26,898 bases of DNA. It comes from Candidatus Hadarchaeales archaeon. GTDB taxonomy: Archaea; Hadarchaeota; Hadarchaeia; Hadarchaeales; JAWBSP01. Under the pieces are notes generated by a model. It had not been told where the DNA came from and did not search any database. It was given only the letters and a program-made list of their open reading frames with translations. The stretch lies in contig JAWBSP010000016.1 of assembly GCA_038842485.1 (NCBI GenBank), positions 1-26,898 on the forward strand, written 5' to 3'. The translations under genes and the position numbers were made by a program. Below, in pieces: positions 1 through 8,962 of this stretch (within the stretch, counting starts at the first letter, position 1; the number at the start of each line of letters is the position of its first letter).

Positions 1-88
1 CGGGATCTCACCCGAGGAGGCGAGGCGGCTTCCGGAGCCCAAGGTTTACGACGAGAAACTCCAGATTTGCTACTACAAACCGAACTGA
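1..88 (+). CDS. 3' end (partial) of a paralogue of the coiled-coil protein at 19054-19416
   Basis: The frame from base 2 reads GISPEEARRLPEPKVYDEKLQICYYKPN* (TGA 86-88). This is identical to the C-terminus of the 19054-19416 protein. 85/88 nt match the reverse complement of 19054-19141. Confidence 0.85.
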   Translation, partial: GISPEEARRLPEPKVYDEKLQICYYKPN

Positions 89-221
89 AAGTTTCCATGG
101 TTGGAATCTAGATTTTCCCACTGCGTTGCGGGGGCGAGGGACGGACATCGCCCTCAAAAGCCACCCCAGTCGAGTCCATTAGAGGCATCAGATCTTGATT
201 GAAGCCCCCTGCGAGAGCAGT

Positions 222-1472
222 TCACTGGGATGGCCCGTACCTGAGAACCGCTGCAATCCCATTGAAGGCCTTCCAAAGCTGCCTGCCCTCATCCGTTTCC
301 CTTGAGATCAGTTCCACCCTTGTACCGAACCTCTCCGCGAGGGAGAAGAATTCCTGGATGAGATCCTGGCTCTCGACCACGGTCAGCTTTTTCTCGCCAC
401 ACTTCGGGCAGGGGAGGGAGCTCTTCTTTTCCAAGAAGTAAAGGTCGCTTCCCGTCTCTGCCTGTTCGGCTCCGCAACCTTCGCACCTGATTTTTACCCT
501 GTACTTTCTCAGGGCTTCCGAGATCAGCAGGAGGTCCACGAGCCCGTTTTCCAGTGCCTTCCTAACCTCCTCCTCACCCGAAACGGCCAGTCCCCTCCCA
601 GAGACTAGTTCAGAGAGGAAGCGCTGCACGGCGGCCTTTTCCTTACTCAGCTCCAAGTTGGCTAGGACCTCCCCCGCCTTTTCCGCGAGCTCCTTTATCC
701 CGTACTCATCCGTGTAGCCACAGTCCAACAGGGCTCCAATCTTCTTGACCAACGGTTCCTTCAGTACCCCGAGCTTGAGAAACTCCTCCTTCGTGGGTCC
801 GGGCCCACCCACTATCAGGACCTGGAGGTCTGGGATCTGTAGGAAGACCTCGTTCACCTCCTCCCCCAACCGCTTCAGGTACTCCTGCTCGGCGATTTCC
901 CTCAGGCGCTCGAACCTCCTCGATGATTGTCCTCCCTTCGAGTGCTTGCCCGGAACACCGGAGGTCACCTTCTTCAATATCTCCACATGCTTCCCCCTGA
1001 GGGTTCCCAAGGTAGCCTCTCTCCTGTCGAGCGTCAGGAGTCCTATGGTTCCCTTCACCTCCAGCATCTCCTCCAAGGGCGAGAGGACAAACTGCTGGTC
1101 GCAACGGTACATTCTGACGGTCACGGGTTCAGGGGGTTCAATCCACCAGAGCTTGATGTCCGAATCCCCCTCCCTTTCGCTGACGTTCCCGCAGAAGATG
1201 GCAAGACCGTGAGGAGGGGGGGTGCGGTGGGTTTCCATGTAAGTCTTGAGGAACTGGACGATTCGCTCGAGGGCAGAGAGGACGTTTTTTCTGGTGCTTT
1301 TGGATTTTATGTTGGAGGCCGTACCCTGCTCCTCCCTCAGTTGCTGCATCACCTTGGCAAGCTCGAAATCCGGCGGGATGTAAACCGAAATGAGTTCCGT
1401 TCCCCTTCCCTTTTTTGATTTGAGTTCCTCCAGCAGCCTCCTGAACCTGTATTTCTCAAGGGAATCGGACAT
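222..1472 (-). CDS. prf1: Peptide chain release factor aRF1 (eRF1 family)
   Basis: GTELISVYIP, NIKS motif (SNIKSKSTR), YRCD motif, GGQ motif (HSKGGQSSRRFER), C-terminal CxxC..CxxC insert and GIAAVLRY end. ATG at 1472 preferred over TTG at 1475. Confidence 0.97.
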   Translation of the reverse strand: MSDSLEKYRFRRLLEELKSKKGRGTELISVYIPPDFELAKVMQQLREEQGTASNIKSKSTRKNVLSALERIVQFLKTYMETHRTPPPHGLAIFCGNVSEREGDSDIKLWWIEPPEPVTVRMYRCDQQFVLSPLEEMLEVKGTIGLLTLDRREATLGTLRGKHVEILKKVTSGVPGKHSKGGQSSRRFERLREIAEQEYLKRLGEEVNEVFLQIPDLQVLIVGGPGPTKEEFLKLGVLKEPLVKKIGALLDCGYTDEYGIKELAEKAGEVLANLELSKEKAAVQRFLSELVSGRGLAVSGEEEVRKALENGLVDLLLISEALRKYRVKIRCEGCGAEQAETGSDLYFLEKKSSLPCPKCGEKKLTVVESQDLIQEFFSLAERFGTRVELISRETDEGRQLWKAFNGIAAVLRYGPSQ

Positions 1473-1494
1473 CAAATGATAGGTGAAGTAACTG

Positions 1495-2163
1495 ATGAGG
1501 ATAACGCTCTGTCTAGGGGGCTCCGTTCTCGTGCCAGACGAGCCAGACGCGGAGTGCTACTCGAAGGTGGTCGCCGTGATCAAAAAGCTCAGGGAAAAGC
1601 ACGAGGTCTTGGTGGTTACTGGCGGGGGAAGGACGGCGAGGCGGTACATAGAGGTGGCGAAGGAGCTCGGGCTAAGCGAGATTGAATGCCATCAGGTGGG
1701 GATTTGGGCCACAAGGCTCAACGCTCTCCTCCTTTCTCTCGCTCTGGGGTCGAAGGAGGTGCAGACTGAGCTCGGGAAGGCCGCGCTCCTTCCCCTGAGC
1801 GGAGGGGTTCCAGTAATGGGTGGAACCACGCCGGGTCAGACCACCGACGCCGTGGCCGCCATGCTTGCCCAGATGAGCCGCTCCGACCTCTTGATCTTTT
1901 TCTCGGATGTGGATGGGGTCTACACGGCGGACCCCAAGCGGGACCCCAGCGCTAAAAAAATCGACAGGATAAGGGCGGAGGACCTCGTGAAGCTCGTGGA
2001 TGTTGCGGTTCAACCTGGGATGAGGATCATCATCGACCCCATAGCCGCAAGAATCGTTCTCGGTTCAAAGATAAAGACCCTGTTCTTGGGGAGGAAGGAG
2101 CTCGAGCGCCTTCCGGAGATAGTGGAGGGTGCCCCTCACACGGGAACGGAAGTGGTGTTCTAG
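1495..2163 (+). CDS. pyrH: UMP kinase (archaeal type)
   Basis: LGGSVL, VVTGGGRTARRYI, GGTTPGQTTDAVAA and DVDGVYTADPK amino-acid-kinase fold motifs. AGGTGA Shine-Dalgarno-like site upstream. Confidence 0.95.
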   Translation: MRITLCLGGSVLVPDEPDAECYSKVVAVIKKLREKHEVLVVTGGGRTARRYIEVAKELGLSEIECHQVGIWATRLNALLLSLALGSKEVQTELGKAALLPLSGGVPVMGGTTPGQTTDAVAAMLAQMSRSDLLIFFSDVDGVYTADPKRDPSAKKIDRIRAEDLVKLVDVAVQPGMRIIIDPIAARIVLGSKIKTLFLGRKELERLPEIVEGAPHTGTEVVF

Positions 2164-4796
2164 CTTTCCGGGAGAATCAGGGTGAGACCGAACTCCGGTA
2201 GCTCCTCCACCCAGACCCTTGTTTCTTCCACTTTGGTCTCCCTCACAAATATTAGGTCCTCCTGGCTCAGGGTGATCGTTTCCGCTCCCACTCTTAGGGA
2301 GATGGTTCCCTCCTTTTTCAGCTCCTCCCAGACTTCGCCGGGTCTTTCCGCGAGCAGTTTCTGGACTTCCCCGACCATTTTCTTGAGCCGGGGCCCCACC
2401 CTAGGCAGGTTGAGCCTAACTTCCAAGACCCTCTCCTTCAGGGGGGGTCTTCCAGCGAGGATTTCCACTTCCCCCACCTGCATGGTTCCTTTCACGTCCT
2501 CAACAATCTCCAGTATGCTCTCTGGTTCGGAAGTGTAGATTTGAAGCTTGGGTATAGGATGGTTTAGAGCCATCCCTCTCTCGGATTTGAATTTTCTGAG
2601 GGCCGAAACGATGGAGTTCAGCATCTCGCCGAGCCTCTCCGATTTCTCATCTATATACTCCCCCTCCACCGCTGGCCAGCTCGAGAGGTGAATGCTCCCC
2701 CCGCCCTCCACGTACTGGTAGGCCTCCTCGGCGAAGTGGGGGAAGAAGGGGGCCAGCATCTTCAGGCTCTTCACCATGACCTCCCTGAGCGTGAAACCCG
2801 CCGCCTGTGCCGATGGATCCTTTCTGTAGAGCCGGTATTTGACCTCCTCTATGTACATGTCGCAGAATTCCTGCCAGAGGAAACTGTGCAGTGCCCTAAG
2901 GGCCTCGTTGAACTGAAACTCCTCCATCTGCTCGGTTACCCTAGCGACCAGTTTGTTGAGCCGGCTCAGGATCCAGCGGTCCGGCACGGAGAGCTTGGGG
3001 GGCTTGGAGGTTGAGAGGTGCGGCAGGGCAAACCGGAGGGCATTCCAGAGCTTGGTCATCAGCCTGCGCGAGAACTCCACCTCCTTCCAGCTGAAGGGCA
3101 CGTCCGAACCGGTTGAGGCCCCCAAGACCGCCCATCCTCTCAGGGCGTCCGCCCCGTGTTTCTTCCGGGCTAGGGAGGTATCCACGTAGTTCCCGAGGGA
3201 TTTGGACATCTTCCTACCATCCTGGCCACAAACCATCCCGTTTATCAGAACCGTCCGGTAGGGGATCTCACCCAGCAGGGCAAGGTGGCGGACCATGAGG
3301 TAATAGTCCCATGTCCGGATGATGTCGGTCCCGTTCGGCTGGAGGTCGGCGGGAAAGAGTCTCGGATCGATCTTGGGCCACCCAGCGTGGCAGGCTATGG
3401 TTATGGAGCTATCCATCCAGGTGTCCAGCACATCCCGCTCGGGCGTGAAGGAGGTCCCACCGCACTTCGGGCACCTTTCCACCGGTGGGGGGGTCTTCTC
3501 GGGGAGCACGGGAACTTGTTGCTCTTCGGCCACTATCGCCTCACCGCACTGCGAGCAGTACCAGGCAGGGATGGGGGTGGCGAAGATGCGCTGTCTGGAA
3601 ATCACCCAGTCCCAGTCCATGGATCGCACCCAGTCTAGGAAGCGTTGCTTCATGTGAGCGGGAACCCACCTAACCCGCTCCGCCGCCTCCATCACCTTGG
3701 GGTTGAGGTCCAGAACCCTGAGGAACCACTGGGGCTTGCTCACGATCTCCACCGGCGTCTTGCACCTCCAACAGACCCCCACCTGCTGGTCCAGCTCCTC
3801 TTCCTTTTCAACCAGCCCCAACTTCTCGAGGGACTGGACAATTCTCTCCTTCGCCTCCCTCACCCCCAGTCCCGAAAACTCCCCTGCCCCAGTGAGTTTG
3901 CCCTGCTCGTCTATCGCCCTGATGACGGGAAGCCTGTGCCTCTTCACCCACCGCACGTCCGTTTTGTCCCCGAAGGTGCAGATCATGACCACCCCCGTTC
4001 CGAAGTTTGGATCGACTTCGGGATCCTCAATGATTTTCACCCTCTGTCCAAACAGGGGAACCTCCAGCTCCTTTCCCACGTATTTCTTGTATCTCTCATC
4101 CTCCGGGTGAACTGCCACCACCACGCAGGCGTGGAGGTACTCGGGTCTGGTGGTGGCAATGGTGAGGTGTTCTTGGGTTCCGCTCAGCCTGAATTTTATA
4201 TAATAAAGCCTGGCAACCCTGCTCTCGTACTCAACCTCAGCATCCGCGATGGCCGTTTCGCATCTCGGGCACCAGTTGACCGGGTGCTCCCCCCTGTAGA
4301 TCAACCCCTTTTTGTAAAGCAAGATGAAGGAGAGCTGTGTGCGCCCGAAGTAGGAGGGATCCATGGTCTCGTACTCGGTTGACCAGTCTATGGAAAATCC
4401 GAGGGAGCGCATTTCCTCTTTCATGTGGGCGATGTTCTCCTTCGTGAGCTGGACGCAGAGCTCCCTAAACTTCTCTGGGGGAAGGTCGCCTTTCCGGATC
4501 CCGTATCTCCGTTCAACTTGTACCTCCGTTGGTAGCCCGTGGCAGTCCCAGCCTTGTGGGAAGAACACGTTGTAGCCCCTCATTCGCTTGTAGCGTGCCA
4601 CGATGTCGAAGTAAGTCCAGTTTAGGGCGGTCCCCATGTGGAACTCGCCGCTCGGATAGGGCGGAGGGGTGTCGATGACATAGGTTGGAGACTTGAAATC
4701 GTCTCTCCTGAACCTGTATATACCAAGCTCCTCCCACTTCTTCTGCCACTTCTCTTCCACGGAGAGGGGATCGTACTCCTTCGGCAGTTCCGGCAT
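2160..4796 (-). CDS. valS: Valine--tRNA ligase
   Basis: DTPPPYPSGEFHMG (HIGH region), GWDCHGLPTE, WCPRCETAIADAEVEY, DWVISRQR, DVLDTWMDSS and KMSKS. Confidence 0.97.
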   Translation of the reverse strand: MPELPKEYDPLSVEEKWQKKWEELGIYRFRRDDFKSPTYVIDTPPPYPSGEFHMGTALNWTYFDIVARYKRMRGYNVFFPQGWDCHGLPTEVQVERRYGIRKGDLPPEKFRELCVQLTKENIAHMKEEMRSLGFSIDWSTEYETMDPSYFGRTQLSFILLYKKGLIYRGEHPVNWCPRCETAIADAEVEYESRVARLYYIKFRLSGTQEHLTIATTRPEYLHACVVVAVHPEDERYKKYVGKELEVPLFGQRVKIIEDPEVDPNFGTGVVMICTFGDKTDVRWVKRHRLPVIRAIDEQGKLTGAGEFSGLGVREAKERIVQSLEKLGLVEKEEELDQQVGVCWRCKTPVEIVSKPQWFLRVLDLNPKVMEAAERVRWVPAHMKQRFLDWVRSMDWDWVISRQRIFATPIPAWYCSQCGEAIVAEEQQVPVLPEKTPPPVERCPKCGGTSFTPERDVLDTWMDSSITIACHAGWPKIDPRLFPADLQPNGTDIIRTWDYYLMVRHLALLGEIPYRTVLINGMVCGQDGRKMSKSLGNYVDTSLARKKHGADALRGWAVLGASTGSDVPFSWKEVEFSRRLMTKLWNALRFALPHLSTSKPPKLSVPDRWILSRLNKLVARVTEQMEEFQFNEALRALHSFLWQEFCDMYIEEVKYRLYRKDPSAQAAGFTLREVMVKSLKMLAPFFPHFAEEAYQYVEGGGSIHLSSWPAVEGEYIDEKSERLGEMLNSIVSALRKFKSERGMALNHPIPKLQIYTSEPESILEIVEDVKGTMQVGEVEILAGRPPLKERVLEVRLNLPRVGPRLKKMVGEVQKLLAERPGEVWEELKKEGTISLRVGAETITLSQEDLIFVRETKVEETRVWVEELPEFGLTLILPES

Positions 4797-4908
4797 TTGA
4801 TAGGTACCCTCGGACGGTATTAACTCCTATCTCGCCCCTCTTCTTGCGTTGCAGTTTTTCGGTTTTTGGTATCGAGGGGCAGATTCGCTAGCAATTAAAT
4901 TAATGATC

Positions 4909-5604
4909 CTACTCAAGCGCAAATTCGTCCAAAAAACTCATCAGCCTCCGTCTAGATCGCTCAAAGGTTTCTATCTCGATTTTTCCGAAAACCCCTTGAA
5001 GACCATCTTTGAACTCCCTCGAGGTCACCAGATTCCGGCATTTCCTGATTCCCTCCCTGACAATTTGCCGGGGCGCGGCCAGAACATACTCTTTCACGTA
5101 TTTCCAGTCGAGTTCGAGCTGGGCTAGCATGAAAACGTCCCTTATATCCTGCTTTCTCGCGGTCAGTAGCTTCATGATAAATAGGATCTCAGGGTCGGCT
5201 GTTCGAATCCTGACTGAAATTGGACTTGCCTTTGCCCAAACTCTTCGAACCTTGGAGTGCTCGAAGATCCAGTTGGCATCGAAGGAGGCCCCCGACAGCC
5301 GGTCAGTCACTGCTCCTATCAAGATATCAAAATTCGCCCTCATGCTGCCGACTCTTTTCATGTAAACCACAAATTCTCCACCCCGGGGAACCGTTTCCCC
5401 CTCCCTGAATTTCTCGAAACCTTCTTCCGCTAGGATGTTCCCGATTTGGGCAACCACCTCTTTTCTCCTCACCACCAAGTCACAATCGATGGAGAACCTA
5501 GGCGGAACGAAGGCGCTGAGCGCGTGTCCCCCTATCAGAACAAGGTCTAGCTTTGCTAACCTTTTGAGTATTTTAAAAATCAACCTCTCCGACTCTTCGA
5601 ACAT
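4909..5604 (-). CDS. Nucleotidyltransferase, AbiEii-like type IV toxin
   Basis: LIGGHAL...RFSIDCDLVV (GG..A...R.S.D.D Pol-beta-type NTase motif) and a C-terminal K....RKQDIRD motif. Overlaps the upstream gene by 1 nt. Confidence 0.75.
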   Translation of the reverse strand: MFEESERLIFKILKRLAKLDLVLIGGHALSAFVPPRFSIDCDLVVRRKEVVAQIGNILAEEGFEKFREGETVPRGGEFVVYMKRVGSMRANFDILIGAVTDRLSGASFDANWIFEHSKVRRVWAKASPISVRIRTADPEILFIMKLLTARKQDIRDVFMLAQLELDWKYVKEYVLAAPRQIVREGIRKCRNLVTSREFKDGLQGVFGKIEIETFERSRRRLMSFLDEFALE

Positions 5605-6233
5605 CAGAGGGCCTCGGCGACTTTTTCCATCACCCGCGGATCGACCTTTATCTTCATTTTGTACTTCAGAGCCAGGTAGGCCAGGGGATACTCGAAGGTT
5701 GCCCTGTTGACGCAGAATTTCACCACATTCTTGAGCCTGTCAACCGGAAAACCGTGACGGATTTCCCATTCCAACCTGTTGACAGGTTCCAGTACCACGA
5801 ACTCCCCCATGGCAGAGCCAGCTCCTTGGACAAAGAAACTGATGTCATTTGACCTAAGGAAGTTTTTCCAGTAGGGAAGATCCCGTTTCAGGATTTTTAT
5901 AAAATACGGGGAATACTCCCAGCTTCGCTGAACGTAGCTGAAGTCCGTCCATATCTCCACCGCCGAAGCCTTGGTGAAGCACCACGGTCTCTTGGCTTTT
6001 TTCATTTTTTCAAAAACCTTAAACTGAAACATTTCCCGAAGCACTTTCCCCGGAGGGATGCATCTGTACCTGTCCCTTCCGGTTCTCTCCAGCCAGCGCC
6101 TCTTGGCTAAAACATGAAATATCTTTCTCCTCATGGGTGCGGATAGGAACCAAGATAGACTATTGCCACTGAATTCCCTTGTTCCGTATTTGGTATACAG
6201 CAACGCGTAGCATTTCAAGGCCAAGTCAGGCAT
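5604..6233 (-). CDS. Putative AbiEi-like antitoxin / transcriptional regulator with N-terminal winged helix
   Basis: N-terminal wHTH-like segment (RKIFHVLAKRRWLERTGRDRYR). Translationally coupled to the NTase. A palindromic operator lies directly upstream. Confidence 0.6.
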   Translation of the reverse strand: MPDLALKCYALLYTKYGTREFSGNSLSWFLSAPMRRKIFHVLAKRRWLERTGRDRYRCIPPGKVLREMFQFKVFEKMKKAKRPWCFTKASAVEIWTDFSYVQRSWEYSPYFIKILKRDLPYWKNFLRSNDISFFVQGAGSAMGEFVVLEPVNRLEWEIRHGFPVDRLKNVVKFCVNRATFEYPLAYLALKYKMKIKVDPRVMEKVAEAL

Positions 6234-6236
6234 TAG

Positions 6237-6251
6237 TTACCTATTAGGTAA
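6237..6251. promoter_or_regulatory. Palindromic operator of the AbiE-like pair
   Basis: Perfect 7-1-7 inverted repeat TTACCTA-T-TAGGTAA. It lies between a minus-strand TATA-like TTTTATAAA (6252-6260) and the ATG at 6233. Confidence 0.7.
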
Positions 6252-6252
6252 T

Positions 6253-7260
6253 TTATAAAAGATTTTGATAAAATTCAAGGGGTCTCAGTTCACCAAACTT
6301 TCTCGTACGCTGAATGAGGTACCTTCTTATGTCTAGGCAGAGATGGCATTTGTGGACGTAACCCTCCTTGGGCCTGTATCCAAATTTCTCCGCCAGTTGG
6401 AACAGCCTCCCAATTCCTTCGTTGATGAGGGCATCGAGAACGGGAAAACGTTCAAGATCCAGCTCCATGCTTGGGAGAAGCTCGAACCAATTGCCCATGG
6501 ATATCCCACCGCAGTAGCCAGTGATGTAATTTCCGTAGTTATCTATATGCACATGCCATTCCCTCAGCAGTTCGCCCCTGCAGTTCTCCGAAAAGAATTC
6601 CTCCGCCGGGAAACTTCCGTAAAGCCTAGACAGCAGATCTTCGAGCTTATAGCATGCCCTACCCATCGGAAGGAGTTCGGAGAAACGGAGACTTTCCAAG
6701 CCCGCCAGTCTTAGATATTCATCCAACTGCAATCTTCCCGATACTCCCATTTTCTTGAAAAGCCTGTAGAAGAATTCCTGATATATTATCAGGTTCCGCC
6801 CGAAAATTTTTTCACCTATCTTTATCGCCCGCTCCGTCCTCTCGAACGGGACCTGCTCGAGGATGAAGGGATTCACGCTCACGAGCATGCCGCCAAGCCC
6901 CGCTTCCTTAAGTTTTTTGAGTTTTTCCTCAGTTGAGGCATCATCAGTGCACCAGAAGCAGTTGGTTTCAACGAAGGTGTGATTGATCCCGAGCTCCTTG
7001 GCGGTCTGGACCACCTTCAAAAGCAGCTCGAAATTCAAGAACGGCTCTCCACCCGTGAAGTGAAGCCCAGTGTTTATACCGATGGGACCTCCGATTTTGT
7101 CGGCCAAACTGGCAAGAATTCTCCTAGCCGTCTCTTCTGACATCCAGTCCCCCTGCCAGCGGGGGGAGCATGCATACATGCAGTGCCTGCACTCGCTCGA
7201 GCATTTGTAGGAGAGAAAGATGCCGCCTGAAACTGGCTCGGGCAGCTTGATTTTTACCAC
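6253..7260 (-). CDS. Radical SAM protein
   Basis: CSSECRHC (CxxxCxxC), FTGGEPF and VETNCFW motifs. Additional C-terminal Cys residues (YCGG, KCHLC). GTG start. Confidence 0.9.
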   Translation of the reverse strand: MVKIKLPEPVSGGIFLSYKCSSECRHCMYACSPRWQGDWMSEETARRILASLADKIGGPIGINTGLHFTGGEPFLNFELLLKVVQTAKELGINHTFVETNCFWCTDDASTEEKLKKLKEAGLGGMLVSVNPFILEQVPFERTERAIKIGEKIFGRNLIIYQEFFYRLFKKMGVSGRLQLDEYLRLAGLESLRFSELLPMGRACYKLEDLLSRLYGSFPAEEFFSENCRGELLREWHVHIDNYGNYITGYCGGISMGNWFELLPSMELDLERFPVLDALINEGIGRLFQLAEKFGYRPKEGYVHKCHLCLDIRRYLIQRTRKFGELRPLEFYQNLL

Positions 7261-7324
7261 AATTGAATCAGGGATGTGTTATTTTGGGCAAAGTGTTTGA
7301 GAATCAGTTCTTACAGCTGGACGA

Positions 7325-8428
7325 TTACGCAAGGAGCCAGGGGTTTCCTATTCTGACCTTTTCCAGCCCTTCCCTCCGACAGATTTGTAGGTACCTCTCC
7401 GCATCGGCCCTCCTGGTGTAGGGCAGGTCGTCCATGAAGTAGGTCGGGTGGAAGGCGAGCAGGGAATAGGGAATGGAGGTGTCCAGATCGGCTATGAAGG
7501 AGGCAAGGCATTTTATTTCCTCTTCATCGATGTACCCGGGCACGAGCAGGGTGCTGGCTCTGACAAAGGGGACCTCGGGCCTTTTTCTGTGCATTCTGGA
7601 AAGCCTCCTGAAGTTGATGTAGGCGACCCTGTGGCGGATCCCCGAGAATGCGAAGAGCAACTCGCTCGACCAGCACTTGAGATCGGCCTTTATCCCCCCG
7701 CCACTCTCGAGCGAAAGCGGTGCGAATCTTTCCAGATCCTCCCAGCGCATGTCCAGGTTGGTCTCCAGACATATCCTGAGTAGCCTTTCGCCAGCCCGCT
7801 CACGCATGAGCCCGGATGAGGCCTGAACGAAAGGCATCTGGCTTGAAGGATCTCCCCCGAAGAAGCAGACGCAGCTCACCCGTTCCCCAACCTTACCGGC
7901 GAGCTCGGATGCCGTGTATATTGGTCTACCGAGTTCGGTCAGCTCCCTGAAGCTGAAGTTCTGGCAGTAGAGGCAGCTGTAGGTGCAGCTCCCCAAGAAG
8001 ACGGCGAGGTTGTAGTACCCCAAATCTCCGCGTGGGGTTCTGCACCATTTCGGATAACCCGCCCCTCCCGAGCCCGCACAGAAGTCGGCCGGAACGCAGT
8101 TGGTCGGGAGCGCATCGTAGTAATACTGGAGTAGTCCCCTTTCTGGTGTCCCGAAAAGACGGACCAGCTTCCCGCCCCTGTTCTCAACTACGCCGCAAAA
8201 ACCCCTCCCACCCTCCCCGATCCTGCAGCCGTTTCCGCAGCCCGTGCAGGGGAGGCCACCGGGCTCGCGCGGTACTTCGGGCGGGAGACCGTACCTGCTT
8301 CTGACCTTTCGATGGGCCTCTCTTATGTAAGGCTCGGCCTCACCGAACCTCTCCCTGATGCACCTCCCGCATACGCCCAGAATTCTCGAAACTATGCCCT
8401 CCCGGTTGCAGACCATGCAGGTGCCCAA
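7325..8428 (-). CDS. Radical SAM protein, PflA/AmrS-like (pyruvate formate-lyase activating enzyme family)
   Basis: CTYSCLYCQN motif, N-terminal Cys clusters (CMVC, CGRC, CTGCGNGC..GFCGV), FFGGDP, CLETN, STLLVPGY, AFHP and IGN end. Confidence 0.9.
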   Translation of the reverse strand: MGTCMVCNREGIVSRILGVCGRCIRERFGEAEPYIREAHRKVRSRYGLPPEVPREPGGLPCTGCGNGCRIGEGGRGFCGVVENRGGKLVRLFGTPERGLLQYYYDALPTNCVPADFCAGSGGAGYPKWCRTPRGDLGYYNLAVFLGSCTYSCLYCQNFSFRELTELGRPIYTASELAGKVGERVSCVCFFGGDPSSQMPFVQASSGLMRERAGERLLRICLETNLDMRWEDLERFAPLSLESGGGIKADLKCWSSELLFAFSGIRHRVAYINFRRLSRMHRKRPEVPFVRASTLLVPGYIDEEEIKCLASFIADLDTSIPYSLLAFHPTYFMDDLPYTRRADAERYLQICRREGLEKVRIGNPWLLA

Positions 8429-8962
8429 TATATTACTTTGAAGCCCCCGGTCTCTTTTTTATCAGTTGTTGAGTTTCGCTCTTCTCAGTTTTTCGAGTTC
8501 CCGATCAAGGCTGGGGAAGAGAAGGATCTTGTCCTCGATGAGGTGGAGATCCCCATGCATACATATCCCTTGCCGGCCATCACCGTCCGGATGTTAGTCT
8601 GAGAGAATGCGCGGTTTTCATCATTGATAACGGGAAAAGTTTCAGCTACTTAAAATTTTTTTGAAAATGTCCCAAAATTCAAAACAAACCATGTTCACCA
8701 CGGCATCAGCGGACTTGCACCACCAAAGAAAACTCTCGGAGGAATACCTTCCAATGTTCTCGGGACTTCAACGGATGGGAAGAAGAGGAAATCCCCAATT
8801 CTGAGTATGGGCGGTTCAAAATCTGCAGAGTTCATTCCAATCGACGAGGGTGACTTCTGATGTCCCCTAGCCGGGAAGGCTACCCTTGGCGTGGCAAGAA
8901 CAAATTCCAGAGTCTGGCTCAATAAAGAAGGGTTACGAGGCAAATTTGCGTTCGCCCCAACC

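Noticed and set aside
1-110. Diversity-generating retroelement TR/VR pair with 19054-19141
   Set aside because: The differences are synonymous and not adenine-specific, and there is no reverse transcriptase in the window.
2160-2163. pyrH and valS share the palindromic CTAG as overlapping stop codons
   Set aside because: Ordinary convergent overlap in a compact genome.
4623-4645. ValRS HIGH motif reads HMGT
   Set aside because: The last position of the HIGH motif varies among class I synthetases, and all other motifs are intact.
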